Shown: one piece after another, positions 1 through 12,640 of the stretch
Position numbering within the stretch: position 1 is the stretch's first letter
How the letters are laid out: every line of letters begins with the position of its first letter
Translations under genes and position numbers: made by a program
The notes under the pieces: generated by a model
The model's input: only the letters and a program-made list of their open reading frames with translations
Database searches by the model: none
Told to the model about the DNA's origin: nothing
Origin: Alloascoidea hylecoeti
Lineage: Eukaryota
Length of the DNA: 55,436 nucleotides
Assembly: GCA_001600815.1 (NCBI GenBank)
Contig: BCKZ01000006.1
Location: 869,048-924,483 of the forward strand
Reading direction: 5' to 3'

Positions 1-1857
1 TAATTCAAGGCTCTATATATTTTTAATGCCCTGTAATCGCTATTGTAATTAACGCTCGTGCTAGAAATCTTAAAATAATTCATTAATATGACATATGCAT
101 ATATTTTGGTTTGTACGGCTGGAGTGCGGCTGAATATGCTGCATGAAATAATTTGATTTTAGATCTTTCTTATATTGGGCTAGCGCTAATTAATCAATAA
201 TCAAATAAAATCTCCGATGAGAAAGCTTTTAAAATCGAAAATTAATTAATGAATAATCGCAAAGTTTTGAAGTGCAACAGAACACTCTATATATGCATGG
301 AAGTTTAGCCAACGGTATTTAACTACAGTGCATACATCTAGGTATAAGATCTTATAATTATAAGATTATACCAGTATAGAGTATAAGTTTATACCTTAAG
401 ATTATATCAATTATACCGGCGCCGGATTGTGATTTGAAATGTTAACGCCTGGAAATGAACCAAACTTATAAAGTAATATTTATTATAATTATGACATGAG
501 TAGTTCTAGCTACTAGTTCCTATTATAACTCCTAAGAGTTGGGACTCGGGAGTGTACATGTAATTAATGAGATTATCAAATATAAAGCGGCCATGGCCCA
601 TGATTATAATTATAAATTATCATGCGAAAGGCGTCGGATTCTGATTGAAATTGTTAATGGTAAATGCAGCTTGCGCTATATAAGGCTTATAAGGTCCATA
701 TTGATCAAGTTAAAATTAATATTTGACCCATATATTACATTGTTAATTGGGGCCCAATTTGGGGGTAACCAAGGTTTGTGAATATTAATATAAAACGGTC
801 TAGATCCGAAACTCATATCTGATAACTGTGTTGATGAAGGATATTAAAATACTCTTAACTTATTAATTAACGTTAGTAACTTAGTATGATATCATGATAG
901 TACTGTACATGTATAATCTCTCATTCGAAAAATTTGAATATAAATTGTGTATCTAGTTATACACTATTTGAGAGCAATAAAATATAAATTTTAAATTTAG
1001 CTATGTTTTGTGTTCTATGATTATAATAGTTCTGATCACCCGAAGATGCCTGAGACTAACGATCCCGTGAAGCACCTACAAAAAAGGCTACAATTATTAT
1101 GCATAGTACAATATACCCTATATAATTACCTTGCAATTGGAAGAAAATAAACGTTACCATTAAATACATACGACAATAATGTTTATCAGCTGTGCCATAT
1201 AATTGTAATTCACATATATATATATATACATCGATATCGATTACAAGTACTAATATCTCTATATAATGTTCTAATTAGAAATATATACTAATTATGATAT
1301 TAGTAGCAAGCATATGCATATAACTATTCTTTCAGTTAAGTAATGTAACCTATATAGAAATCAAACATGTGTTTTAATTACAAAAATTCTAGAGATCCTG
1401 AAAGACTGATTGACTGCCTTAAGTTTTCAAATCGTTTATAAGGTCTTAAACCTACAACGAGGGAGCAAAGACAGTATATATACCAGCCACAGGTAGCAAC
1501 TATCGTGCTGTGTAACGGACAATATATAATCTATTATTATTCCTTTGGCTAGAGGAGATGTGTCCCAGTATTAATATTTAATTATAAGCTCAAACTCAAA
1601 AAGCCTGAGATACTGATATCGATGTCGATATTAACATAAAATATTGTCATAAATACAATAGAAAGCCTTTAATTATAAGACAAGTTTAAGAGAACTATAT
1701 ATAGTATGCATATACGTAATTATAAAAGAGTCTCATATCTAAACTCTCATTCCACTTCAACTATATATATTGTTTTATTCTTTTGATATTTTCCTAAACG
1801 TTAACACTTCTTACTCAGATTTGATTTTAAGTTCAAGTGTAGTTAATCTATAAAGAT

Positions 1858-2835
1858 ATGCTCAACATATTTTCTATTTGTACAACTGGCTCGGTTATAT
1901 GCACCATCATCGCAGGAACGTTCCAACCTCGTTTGAACTATGTAAACAAGTCTGTTGCTGGGATAAGCCCCGCATTTCTTTCTTGTTGGATTATTGGAGA
2001 TTTTTTAAACATGGCTGGGTGTTGGATGACAGGAAAGTTGTTCTTTCAAAAAATGGGATCTAGCTACATGTTTTGGGTAGTTGATATAATTTTGGGATCT
2101 CAATATATTTATTACTCAAGATTAGAGTTTCATAAACAACAAGGCCAAAATCAAAATGAAAACCCACGATTGGTATCTCACGGAAAAAAGAGAGACGTTG
2201 ATAATTCTTCAAGTTCTACAACTCCAAGGATAAACACACTAGCAAAAGGCTTAACTATATCAAGTACTTTGGCCTCAACAGCTAGTGCTATGCCTAATAA
2301 CTACTATGGCTCATCATTTGACAGCTCTGTCTCTAATAGTTACAAGCAGTCAATTATCTTTAACTTAGGTACTATCTTTCTGTATCTTTGCACAATGATT
2401 TATATAATGGCTCGAATTCCTCAATTACATCATAATTACAAGAAGAAATCTACGTGGGGTATTTCAAAAAAAATGTTTGGTTGCATTATTGTGGCAAATA
2501 TTTGTAACATGTCTGCTGTGATGTCCTCGCCAATAGCTAGGGCGGGAGGTTCTGATGCTGCTGTATTCTGGAAAGAACAATTTGCCTTTCTGGGTTGTTA
2601 CGTTGGTTGTTTAATATGTGACGTTACACTTATTGGGCAATACCTCTGGTTTGATGTAAAGGGAAAAGGCAAATATCCCCCTGTTATAATTGAAAATAAT
2701 TGCAATGATATCGAAGCAGACCCAATGCCTCATTCAGATACAGCGGCAAGCGGTGATTATTCAAATGAGAGAACACGATTATTAAACGGATCCAATAACT
2801 TCAAATATATACTACCAACTGTTAATTTAAACTAA
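1858..2835 (+). CDS. PQ-loop repeat vacuolar/lysosomal amino-acid transporter (Ypq/PQLC2 family)
   Basis: 325-aa ORF; second PQ loop intact (ARIPQLHHNYKKKSTWGIS); first loop-like segment FQPRLNYVNKSVAGIS followed by WIIGDFLN; hydrophobic helices on both sides of a hydrophilic loop. Confidence 0.85.
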   Translation: MLNIFSICTTGSVICTIIAGTFQPRLNYVNKSVAGISPAFLSCWIIGDFLNMAGCWMTGKLFFQKMGSSYMFWVVDIILGSQYIYYSRLEFHKQQGQNQNENPRLVSHGKKRDVDNSSSSTTPRINTLAKGLTISSTLASTASAMPNNYYGSSFDSSVSNSYKQSIIFNLGTIFLYLCTMIYIMARIPQLHHNYKKKSTWGISKKMFGCIIVANICNMSAVMSSPIARAGGSDAAVFWKEQFAFLGCYVGCLICDVTLIGQYLWFDVKGKGKYPPVIIENNCNDIEADPMPHSDTAASGDYSNERTRLLNGSNNFKYILPTVNLN

Positions 2836-3479
2836 CAATCAAAAAAGTTAAGTACTTACAATTTATGATATATCTCAAAAAACTAGACATTTTTTGATTA
2901 TTTATATTTTTATTTGAGGTTATAAACGTGCACTTTTGTCATCAAAATGGATACCGCTTCGGTTAAAGTGATGCAAGGCATTAATCTAAAACACATAATC
3001 AAATCATCACTTGTGACTATATAACAACAGTTTTTTAGTTCTCACAATCTATGCAGCTAGCAATAGAATACAAGATAGTTACAATTACATTGTTGCAAAG
3101 AAATTTGCCGCATATTTCGTTTATTATCAACCATAACATACAGCTATAAGTTATATAGGTCTAGCTTAGTTACTTACGTAAAACATATAATGCCTGTTCT
3201 TTAAATAAAAACCTCTAAACTCCATAGCTACATTAATTCAGTATAATTGATACTATAGTATAGTAAACTATTCATCAACATCGCCAAACTACAGTGGATT
3301 ACGTGGCGGAATAGTTAACCTAATAGTGGCCGAATTCAAGTAAAAAAACAAAAAAGTTTCAAGGCAATCAAGACATTTGCACACAATATTACCCTACCTT
3401 TTTCTATATCAAAATCAAATCTTCCCCAAGCTTATCACATTCTAAGATCTTATATTTATAGCTATCATATCTTAGAGAA

Positions 3480-6365
3480 ATGACAATTTTTGTTGCTTCT
3501 CTTTTTCTCCCTTACACTGCTAGCTTCAAAGTACCTAAACCAACACCACCGAAAGATGGGACCATTAAAGAAAAGTATGAGAAAGAAAGACCTCGTCTAA
3601 GTTTGTCTGCTTCTGCACAAACAATTCCAACACTCAGTTCTCTACATGTCGCATCGGCTTCATCTCCCCCCATTCCTTCAGAAAGGGCTTATTTTAAACA
3701 ACCTGTGTCAAAAGCTAAAGCAACAGCTCCGGCAAAAAACATTGTTGATGAACGAAAATATATTCCTGGCACGTTCCAAATCCCTTCCTTGAAAATAGCT
3801 AACCCCGCTCATAATAATAGGATATCAAACACTAGAGACAATACATTCATGAATGGAAGGGTTCGTGCTCCTTCAGTAGACAACAATGCTTTTTTAACCG
3901 CGCCATGGGATATTGTTCCTTTCACCAAGGGAAATGGTGGACTGCGAAATGCTGTTTTCACATCGCTAAAAGTCAATGCAATTCCTTCAGACCTGAAATG
4001 GGTCGGAACAATAGGAATGCCTACAGATTCTCTTCCCGAGTCCACCATCAGCTCAATAAATGCTCAATTAAGCAGTGCCTATGATTGTGAAGTTGTAAAC
4101 ACATCGGATTCGAATTTTCAAGGTCATTATAAACACTTTTGCAAGCAAATATTGTGGCCAACCTTACATTATCAGATGAGTGATAAACAAATGGCTAAAG
4201 CCTATGAAGATCATTCGTGGGAAAATTATAAATCTTTGAACCAATTGATTGCTAACAAGATCGTTAAACTGACTTCAAAATCAAACACAGATGATATCAT
4301 ATGGATCCATGATTATCATTTAATGCTTGTCCCTCAAATGATTCGAGAACAACTGCCAAAGGCAAAAATAGGATTTTTTTTACATGTCTCTTTTCCGTCA
4401 AGTGAAGTTTTCCGGTGTTTAGCAGCAAGGGAAAAGATCCTACAAGGCTTACTGGGCGCTAATTGCATCGCTTTTCAAACTACTGAATATGCTACACATT
4501 TTATTCAAACTTGTAATAGATTACTAGCAGTGGATGTATCAGAAGATGGAATCATTGCAGATGGAAACTTGATTAGGGTTATTAGTCATGGTGTTGGGAT
4601 AGACCCTACAAATTTAGAGCTACAACTGCAACAGCCAAAAATTACTCAATATTGCAAAATTTTCAGAGAAAGATGGCCTGATAAGGCCTTAATAGTTGGA
4701 CGTGATAAATTGGATATAGTACGTGGATTGAAACCCAAACTTTTGGCATATGAGGAGTTTTTGAATCGACATCCCGAATGGATCGGAAAAGCTGTCTTGG
4801 TTCAAGCATGTTATAAAAGCAATAAAGATATGGAACTGCAAGGTCAAGTAATGCAGATTGTTGATCGTATCAACTCGTTAAATCAAAATATAGGTGGATC
4901 CCAACCAGTGGTTTTATATCATCAAGATATTGACTTTGAACAGTATCTAGCTTTGATGTGTGAAGCTGATGCATTTGCCGTTACATCTCTAAGAGAAGGT
5001 ATGAATTTAACATGCCACGAATATGTTGTTTGTGCTCAGGAGCGCAAAGGAGTGTTAATTTTATCGGAATTCACAGGTGCTGCTGATGTTATGGGGCCCG
5101 GAGCTTTACTAGTGAATCCATGGGATAAACGAGAAGTTGCTGAAGCGTATCACAAAGCACTGACAATGTCTAAAATAGAAAAAGCTCAAAGATGGAATAA
5201 ATTATACAGCTATGTTACAAAGCATACCGGGGTAAGGTGGTGTACTGAAGTTCTAAACAGTATTGACGAAGCTTGTTCAGAACAATACCAAAGACAGTCA
5301 AGCAATATCCCAAAACTTGATATTGAAAAGTTTCGGAATATATATTTTAAATGTTGTCCATCAAATTCAAGAAACTCTGTAAAACGAGTCTTTTTCTTAA
5401 GTATGAATCCAACGCCAACCGTTGTAAAGGGTGGCACTAATATTTCGAAAACTGTTGCCATTCCATTGACAAGAAGATTAGCGATTATATCTGATTTAGT
5501 GTCAGATCCAATGAATGTTGTTTACATAATGAGCTCGAGTAGTAAATTAACTATGGAAAGAACATACAAAAGAATACCTGGACTTGGATTAATTGCTGAA
5601 AATGGAGGATACCTGAAGCCTGCTAATTCTGGAACTGGTGGGGGTGAATTTTGGATTTCAATTGTTGATGAATCAAAGTTAACCTGGAAAAATTCGGTTA
5701 AAAATGTTATTTTATCTATGGCCGAAAGACTACCTGGCTCTTTTGTGGAAGAATTAGATTGTTCATTACGATTTTATCTTGGTTCTGCTGAGGATGCAGA
5801 ACGTGCTAGAACTACTGCTGGGTCTTGTGTTGGCCAGATCAATAACTTTTATAATGATACACCTATGAACGGTAGCGCTATTCATGCCACATTAGTCGGT
5901 GATGTTGTTGTTGTGCAACCGCATGAAGACTTGAGCGTAAAAGCAACTGGCTTTGCTTTGGATTTAATAACTACGGGAAACTTGCTTACATCACCATCTG
6001 TTAGTTTATCCGCAACTGGATATATAAACGGTTATCAAATATTGCAATCACCACAAGAATCGCCTTTAAGCCAACCAAAAGAGGAAATATTTTCCAATGG
6101 TTATAAACCACTTTCAATCGGTATGATTTTCGTTTCTGGCGGTATAAATCCTTTTGATGAAGCTGTATTTGATTATATAAATAACCGATTTGATGTCAAT
6201 ACCGATTTCGACACAAACAATACCTCTACAAGGTCAGAAGTTGAAAAACAAGGAAATACATATTCTTTAACTGTGTCTATAGCTACGAAGGCGGCTACAT
6301 CTGCTAATGTTTCCGTCAACGGTATTAATGAGTTACTTTCAATTATAAAGGAAGTTTCTGTATAA
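3480..6365 (+). CDS. TPS3: Trehalose-6-phosphate synthase complex regulatory subunit (Tps3/Tsl1 type; GT20 domain plus degenerate TPP domain)
   Basis: N-terminal MTIFVASLFLPYT; GT20 motifs KWVGT, FCKQILWPTLHY, IWIHDYHLMLVP, GFFLHVSFPSSEVFR, REGMNLTCHEY, LILSEF; C-terminal TPP-like domain has GLIAENG but no DxDGT nucleophile motif. Confidence 0.9.
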   Translation: MTIFVASLFLPYTASFKVPKPTPPKDGTIKEKYEKERPRLSLSASAQTIPTLSSLHVASASSPPIPSERAYFKQPVSKAKATAPAKNIVDERKYIPGTFQIPSLKIANPAHNNRISNTRDNTFMNGRVRAPSVDNNAFLTAPWDIVPFTKGNGGLRNAVFTSLKVNAIPSDLKWVGTIGMPTDSLPESTISSINAQLSSAYDCEVVNTSDSNFQGHYKHFCKQILWPTLHYQMSDKQMAKAYEDHSWENYKSLNQLIANKIVKLTSKSNTDDIIWIHDYHLMLVPQMIREQLPKAKIGFFLHVSFPSSEVFRCLAAREKILQGLLGANCIAFQTTEYATHFIQTCNRLLAVDVSEDGIIADGNLIRVISHGVGIDPTNLELQLQQPKITQYCKIFRERWPDKALIVGRDKLDIVRGLKPKLLAYEEFLNRHPEWIGKAVLVQACYKSNKDMELQGQVMQIVDRINSLNQNIGGSQPVVLYHQDIDFEQYLALMCEADAFAVTSLREGMNLTCHEYVVCAQERKGVLILSEFTGAADVMGPGALLVNPWDKREVAEAYHKALTMSKIEKAQRWNKLYSYVTKHTGVRWCTEVLNSIDEACSEQYQRQSSNIPKLDIEKFRNIYFKCCPSNSRNSVKRVFFLSMNPTPTVVKGGTNISKTVAIPLTRRLAIISDLVSDPMNVVYIMSSSSKLTMERTYKRIPGLGLIAENGGYLKPANSGTGGGEFWISIVDESKLTWKNSVKNVILSMAERLPGSFVEELDCSLRFYLGSAEDAERARTTAGSCVGQINNFYNDTPMNGSAIHATLVGDVVVVQPHEDLSVKATGFALDLITTGNLLTSPSVSLSATGYINGYQILQSPQESPLSQPKEEIFSNGYKPLSIGMIFVSGGINPFDEAVFDYINNRFDVNTDFDTNNTSTRSEVEKQGNTYSLTVSIATKAATSANVSVNGINELLSIIKEVSV

Positions 6366-6463
6366 ATAATTTGTACTCGTGATATATTATATGAATGTAC
6401 TATAACCTAATTTATTTATAATTATTTTTATTAATTATAGAGGCCTGGTTGCTTTTTTTGTCA

Positions 6464-7593
6464 TCATACTTTATAACTAAGTTCTGCAATATCGGATAAT
6501 TCTTTAAATTGGATATAGTCAGCTGTCGATAAGTCACCAAACTGTTTCCATGATCTATCGAATTCTCTTGCAAGGCCCTCAGATCCAGATCGAGTCGTAG
6601 TCCAAATGCTTTGGTTGAGGATTTTGTTCTAATAATATATTGGTTAGTTTGTAGAATTTGAAAACAAAAAAACATATTATCTTACCCTTTCCCTATCTTC
6701 TTCCATTCTATGAAGAATTTGTTCTTTTGCAAGGACCATTACCGGCTCGGTTGTTTTTGATGGTGATGGTTTCTTCAGAGCTCTTAATTTCAAGTCAATA
6801 AGAACTTGCCAGGCACCACTAATTCCTTTTAACCCAGAGAGCTTGAGTCCATTGATATCAGCGGTAATTTTGGTATCAATCTTACCTCTATCCACATAAT
6901 CTTTAGTAGCGTCATCTTTTGTTTCATGATCTGTTTCTACATCTATATTCGAAGTATTCAGTTTCCGCCGTTTGAAATCAGTGTTATAATTATTTCCATT
7001 TTGGTAATCATCACCTTTACCATTTGTAATAGACGTGTACTTTATCATCCCATCACAAGAAACACCTAGAGATTTTTCTATATTCTTTAGAACATTCGTT
7101 GAATTTGTTAAATTAACTAATGAGTGTTGCCCTGGGGGAATGACTTTTGAGTAGATTGTAGGTAGGTTCACAATTAAGTTTATTAAATATGGTACATTTT
7201 CTTTCTTGGTTTCACTAATCTCAGTCTCTGAATTTTTCACAGCACCAGATATTGGATCAATAATATTTGAGATCGTTATTTGTTTTGCTATCGTGTGCTG
7301 TTTAATTACTTTAATTAAGGAATCTATAAAATACAAAATATTGAGCCGAGCATTAATTGTTGACTGTTATAATTAGAATTTAGAAGGAAAAGACACTTCT
7401 TCAGTAAAAGAAGCTCACAATTTATTAGACATCATACCTTATCTAAAACTTCCAGTATACATGAAAACAAATCTTCTTCTAGTTCGCCATGTTTCATCGC
7501 GAAAATAATAACTTTGTCATCCAGAGGTGTTGTAGCTGATACCCGTGATAGAAGCTGGGTAAACTGTAGTCTTGCTTCAAAGGGATCCATCAT
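6464..7593 (-). CDS. CTK3: CTD kinase I subunit gamma; exons 7593-7438, 7363-6686, 6628-6464
   Basis: Starts MMDPFEARLQF; phase-0 introns 7437-7364 (GTATGA..TTCTAAT..CAG) and 6685-6629 (GTAAGA..ACTAAC..TAG); spliced product contains INARLNILYFIDSL and HRMEEDRER-NKILNQSIW...EFDRSW, typical of the Ctk3 N- and C-terminal domains. Confidence 0.9.
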
Positions 7594-7845
7594 GAGCTTG
7601 TTAATGACTTGTAAAATTAATTCAGTAGACTTATTGTATTACATAACAATACTGTCAGCAACATTCACGTGCAGATATGGATAATTATTACGTAATAATA
7701 TTGGAAATTTTTTCACGTGTTTAGCTTGTCCGAGATTGTCCCTTGGTATATTTGAGCACACGCGTAGGTTGCAGCCTTCAAACTATAATTCTTATATGGA
7801 TAAAGTTAAGCACAAGACACAAACAAAATTAAAGTAAGAACCTAG
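7594..7845. promoter_or_regulatory. Compact divergent promoter between CTK3 and the PSH1-like gene
   Basis: 252-bp spacer between head-to-head start codons; two CACGTG E-boxes (7666-7671, 7714-7719), an MCB ACGCGT (7760-7765) and a 16-bp palindrome ATTATTACGTAATAAT (7684-7699). Confidence 0.5.
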
Positions 7846-9718
7846 ATGGCTGAGACAAAGGGTCCGGATTTTACATCTACTCAGACTTCAACAAATCTTG
7901 GAATACTAGAAGAAAGTGTTCTGAGCAGAGTTTTGATCTCTGGGAGCGTAAGTATGAGCGTTCTATCAACAATGTTATAATTATTCACTTAAAACATGTT
8001 CTAATAAGAAATAATATCAGGATGACACTATGGATTATAAGCATCTAGTGGAAAAGTTATTTATGGAATCTATCACTTGCCCTATTTGTGTAATGCCGAT
8101 TTATGTTCCGTTCATCACCCCTTGCGGGCACACTTTCTGTTATGAGGTGAGTTGTTATGCCATTGCCTATTATAATAAATAAAAATTATAACTAGCATAT
8201 TTAGTGTCTTTGTGAATGGTTCAAGAAGAATAGAGCATGCCCTCTATGCCGATCTCCTATAAAATCGTGTCCTATATTCAATGTCAAGGTATGCTGAATG
8301 GTGATATTAGTACTTTTGCTTGATTCCATTGATTTTCTAACACTCTAGAACTTCAGATGAAAGAAATTGTTGATACTTTATTTGATCATGCAGAAGCGCA
8401 TTGCGATGAACAAACCAAAAAAAACTTAATTGCTGAACAAGAAGATGCTTCAAAACTATATGAAGAACACTTAGCTTCTGAAAGTGAACTTTTCAATAAC
8501 CAGTTTAATACTCTTATAGCATGCCCACAGTGTGGTAATGATATGGATGGTACATCGTGTAATAGTTGCGGCTATACATTAAGAGCTCGAGGATTACGGA
8601 CTACTGGTATATCTCAAGCTACAGAATTAATAGAATCAAGTTTAAGATTCTTAAATGAAGAGGATTCTGATTTAATATCAGAAAGCGATGATGAAGGTTC
8701 TATAATTTATTCATGGAGGCGTTCTATTGATGGCCCAATTGAAATTAGTGAACCTTCCCATTATCAACCTGAAAGAGAAAATTTTATGGGTTCTTTTAGC
8801 ATTCCATTTAGCACTCCGTCTAGCACCCAATCAATTCCCACGCTATTCAATTTAGATTCACGTTTACATGCTGAGGTAAGAAGAAATAATATTCCAATTT
8901 CAAGTCCCCCATCTTTGAGCTTTATTCAAACACAAACACAACAAGATAATGAAGATGAAATTTCTGATGAGTATGACAATTCAGACATTGATAGAATACA
9001 TTTAGAATATGAGGAAGCAATCGGCCAGTCTTCCGGCCTCCAAAATAATATCACCTTTCGAACTCCAAATAATAAATCTGATAGTGAATCAGAAATAGAT
9101 GATTATGACAGTGATGAAAATGAATTACATACAGCTGATTCCGAAATACATCTAGAGATAAACAATACTAGGCCAATTGTAAGAAGGTTAACAACATACC
9201 TATCAAGTTCACCCTATACCGAGAATAGCATTCCCAATTTAAATTCTCCCGTGTCTCCAGAATCAAATATTCAACCTCTTGAATATATTTCATTTTCAAG
9301 AGAAAGCAATCATATATATAATGAGGAGTCTCAATATTCTAGTTCGTTGGTGGGAACTCCTTCACCAAACAGTCCACAATTGCAATTGCAAAATGAATCG
9401 ACTAGCTTTTATAGTATTATGAGTATGACAAGCACAAATCAACACCCACGACAAACAAGCAGTAGCATCCACTGTGATGAATTTTATGATATTGAAGGTA
9501 GTAGTCCTGAAAGCAATAGATCAGGGGACAGTGAGGGACTAGAAATATTTTATACAAGATCACTTGAAGACTCGGAAGAATTGGATATGGAACAGAGAGA
9601 AGGTCAAGATCATTCATTGAACTTGATACGGAAAAATTACAATGCTGATAATATAGAATATGAAGTGATCAGAAGACAATCCCAATTATTAAACAGAAAC
9701 ACTGTTTTCTTAGATTGA
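7846..9718 (+). CDS. C3HC4 RING E3 ubiquitin ligase, Psh1-like; exons 7846-7947, 8021-8146, 8205-8288, 8357-9718
   Basis: Spliced RING CPICVMPIYVPFITPCGHTFCYE/CLCEWFKKNRACPLCR; phase-0 introns with donors GTAAGT, GTGAGT, GTATGC; second CxxC...CxxC cluster (CPQCG...CNSCG) and long acidic tail, matching Psh1 architecture. Exon 1 is less certain than the RING exons. Confidence 0.8.
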
Positions 9719-9937
9719 AGTCATTCTGGTATATATGCAAGACAGAAATACGTTGGTGCATCTCTATAAACATATATGTTAATGTTATAATATGGGCAAC
9801 GAAGTCCTATAGCTTTTTTATTTTTATTTTAAAGAATCCATATGCATTTTTATACTTCAATATATTCGTATAAAACGTTATCTTTTCCTCTTTTCTATTT
9901 TTGTCATAATTGAAAGTAATAATCCTTGTGTCATTTT

Positions 9938-11072
9938 TTAAAGCTTGGATGGTTCTCCTTTTTCAAAAATAACCTTGTTCTCAATGGTACCGATATTTTC
10001 AATCCCTACTTTGACAATATCGCCATCACGAAGCCAAATAAATGGCTTTTGGAGCATACCGACACCTTTTGGTGTTCCAGTAAATATCAAATCTCCAGGA
10101 TATAAAGTAGCACCTTGAGATAAGAATGAAATGGTTTCTTTGACTCCAAATACTTGATCAGAGGTATTATCGTCTTGTAACAGTTTCCCATTAACTTCTG
10201 TCGTGATCTTTAAATTATTTGGTTCTGGAATTAAGTCGGCGTTAACAATGGCAGGACCAATTGGTGACCATGCATCAAATACTTTGCCATTACTCAATTG
10301 ACCACCAACACGAGCAATCCATGTTCTCTGAGAAACATCATCACCAGCCGTATATCCAAGAACATAGCTTAAAGCATTTTCAACTGATACATCTCTTGCA
10401 ACTTTACCAATGACTATCACCAATTCACACTCATAGTCAACTCGAACGTCTTCAATCTGTGCCATCTTGGGTACTGGGATGGGGTCTGTTGGGCCTGTAA
10501 TAGTCGCCAATGGCTTATAAAATAGAACTGGGTATTTTGGAAGAGGGGATTTAGCCTATTTGGGGTTAGTCTTTAGATCCAATTGATTCATTATGATGAT
10601 AATAGCTTACATCGGCAGCATATCTGTAAATCATATAAAATTATTAGTATATGTAGATTACATTATTCATATCAAATACATACCCCTTGTAATTTAAGCC
10701 AAGTAATCTAATTGTTCCAACCTGGTCAATAGATAGTGGCGATAATAATTTTCTAATGGTCTAATCATGATAATTAGATCTAGTTCTAGATTCGTATTAA
10801 GGCACCAATCCTCTTTTCCACAAAAAACATACTGAAATATGGTTTGAAATAATGTAAGAGCCAAAAATATCCCCAACAATCACTCTAGCTTCTTTCGCGA
10901 ATCTTGCATCCGTTTCTCCATTTGGCAAAATTGCATCACCGAAGTATGTTTGTCCGTCTGTAGCAACAAATCTAACGAGTCTCTAAAACACAATTAGTTA
11001 GATGCTTGTTCATTAAGCCACCTCATCCTTGATCTTGGTAGATTATCATACAGAGAACTTTTCAATAGCCAT
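9938..11072 (-). CDS. Fumarylacetoacetate hydrolase-family protein with C-terminal SKL; exons 11072-11052, 10982-10833, 10760-10684, 10623-10611, 10555-9938
   Basis: Spliced product MAIEKFS-RLVRFVATDGQTYFGDAILP...LLGLNYKGYAAD-AKSPLPKYPVLFYKP...VDYECELVIVIGK...DVSQR...GDLIFTGTPKGVG; four GT-AG introns with CTAAY branch points keep the frame. Confidence 0.9.
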
Positions 11073-11419
11073 TTTTATATTAATATAAATGAAGGGAATT
11101 AAATATAGATGGGTGATTTCAATGGATGTCCTTAGTCTTTATATACTGGTAATAGTGTTGAGGATCTTTTTTGGCAATTCCGAGCCGATGGCTAAGTCAG
11201 CTGAGTTGACGCCACAGTATTTCCTAATATGGCATAATAATGGCTGAGTTTAGTAATATTGCTTTCCACCTCTTAAAATGGATTTTAGTCATCTATTTAA
11301 CATCAAAAATAGAGCAATGAGTATAATAATTTTAGAAACTTATATTTTAACAGTATTGTATTCTATATGTTTTTTTTTTCTGATTACGGAGATTATAAGT
11401 TATAATTAGATAATCATAA

Positions 11420-12640
11420 GTTATATGCTAAATTTCTAACCTTGCTTAATTCTTCAATCATTATTTTCTTTTCTAAATTCAGTTTCTTCCTAACTTTTTT
11501 CAACTCTTTGATCTTCATATTCACAAATAGTTCTGCTAATCTTTTCAAATTCTTCTTGTAAAATCATTAAACTTAATATTAATTCTAGCAATAGTAACTT
11601 TGCACACATAATGAACTATCTTAACTTCATGATCAGTCTGTAATGATCATCACCTTCATACATAACTCCTTCTTTAATTATAACTGTCATAACTTCAACA
11701 TTCTCTTCAATAACTTCTGCTTTATCTGCTTCTTTTGCTTAGAGTTCAAGCAATAAACTCTATTCTTTTAACTTATAATCATCATTTAACTGTAATGTTT
11801 CCGGCTGCAATAATATCTTCAATTTTAGATATTTCACTAATCTCATATGGTTCTCTCTATTATTCTCTTTGTAAAATATCTAAATTATATTTTTCAACTA
11901 TTTACTTGGTTTCTTTCCATAATTTTAATCCTGATGTTTCAACTTCTTCAATTTTTACTTCTTTAATTCTTCGAGAATGTTTATTCAATATCGCATGGTT
12001 TAGGGCAGCTTTCTTATTCTTTTCTTGTAGACCTTCCAGTCAAGTAAAGGCTTGCTTCTATAATCATGAATGAATAGACAAAAAAAAATTTCATGGATTA
12101 AAAATCGGTCATATCTCATTCTTTTCTTTTTTTGTTGCAATTGGATGAAAACCCAATTGTAATTTTGTTCATTAAACTCTGTAATTGTTACTGGTACTTA
12201 TTTCATCTCTATTTTTTTAACAGTTATGATATAATATCTGATTCAATTTATCAATAAACTTTTGTAATATATTAATTAATAATATTTGATAGCATTCTTT
12301 CAGTGTAGTTCTAATAATAAACTCTACCATATACTTTTTATGCAAGAATATTAATAGCTTGAACCCCAAGTTGATAAGAGTTAGAAACTTCTCCTTATAT
12401 CTCCTGGCCCTGCTAATCGAACTTAAATAAACATATTTCCTTAGACATGTTGAAATCCAGATACCCATGAACTAAATACCCTTTCTCACTACTTTTGGTT
12501 ATTCTTAATATCACTTAGCTAATTATTTAATAGGGAATTCCATTCATGTTCTTTCAATTTAATTAAAAACTTTCTCATTGAAAATGTTTTTTTGTATTTA
12601 ACTTTCAACATCAGTATTTCATTAAATTCCATATTGTCTA
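11420..12640 (-). pseudogene. Possible heavily decayed coding relic of unknown origin
   Basis: Minus strand is strongly purine-rich and GAA/AAA-rich over about 1.2 kb, reading as E/K-rich peptide stretches broken by many stops; no recognisable motif. Confidence 0.25.

Noticed and set aside
539..781. 80-aa ORF and other short ORFs overlapping long genes
   Set aside because: Non-ATG starts or antisense/off-frame shadows with no recognisable motifs
6412..6675. 87-aa minus-strand ORF in the track
   Set aside because: Off-frame overlap of CTK3 intron 2 and exon 3
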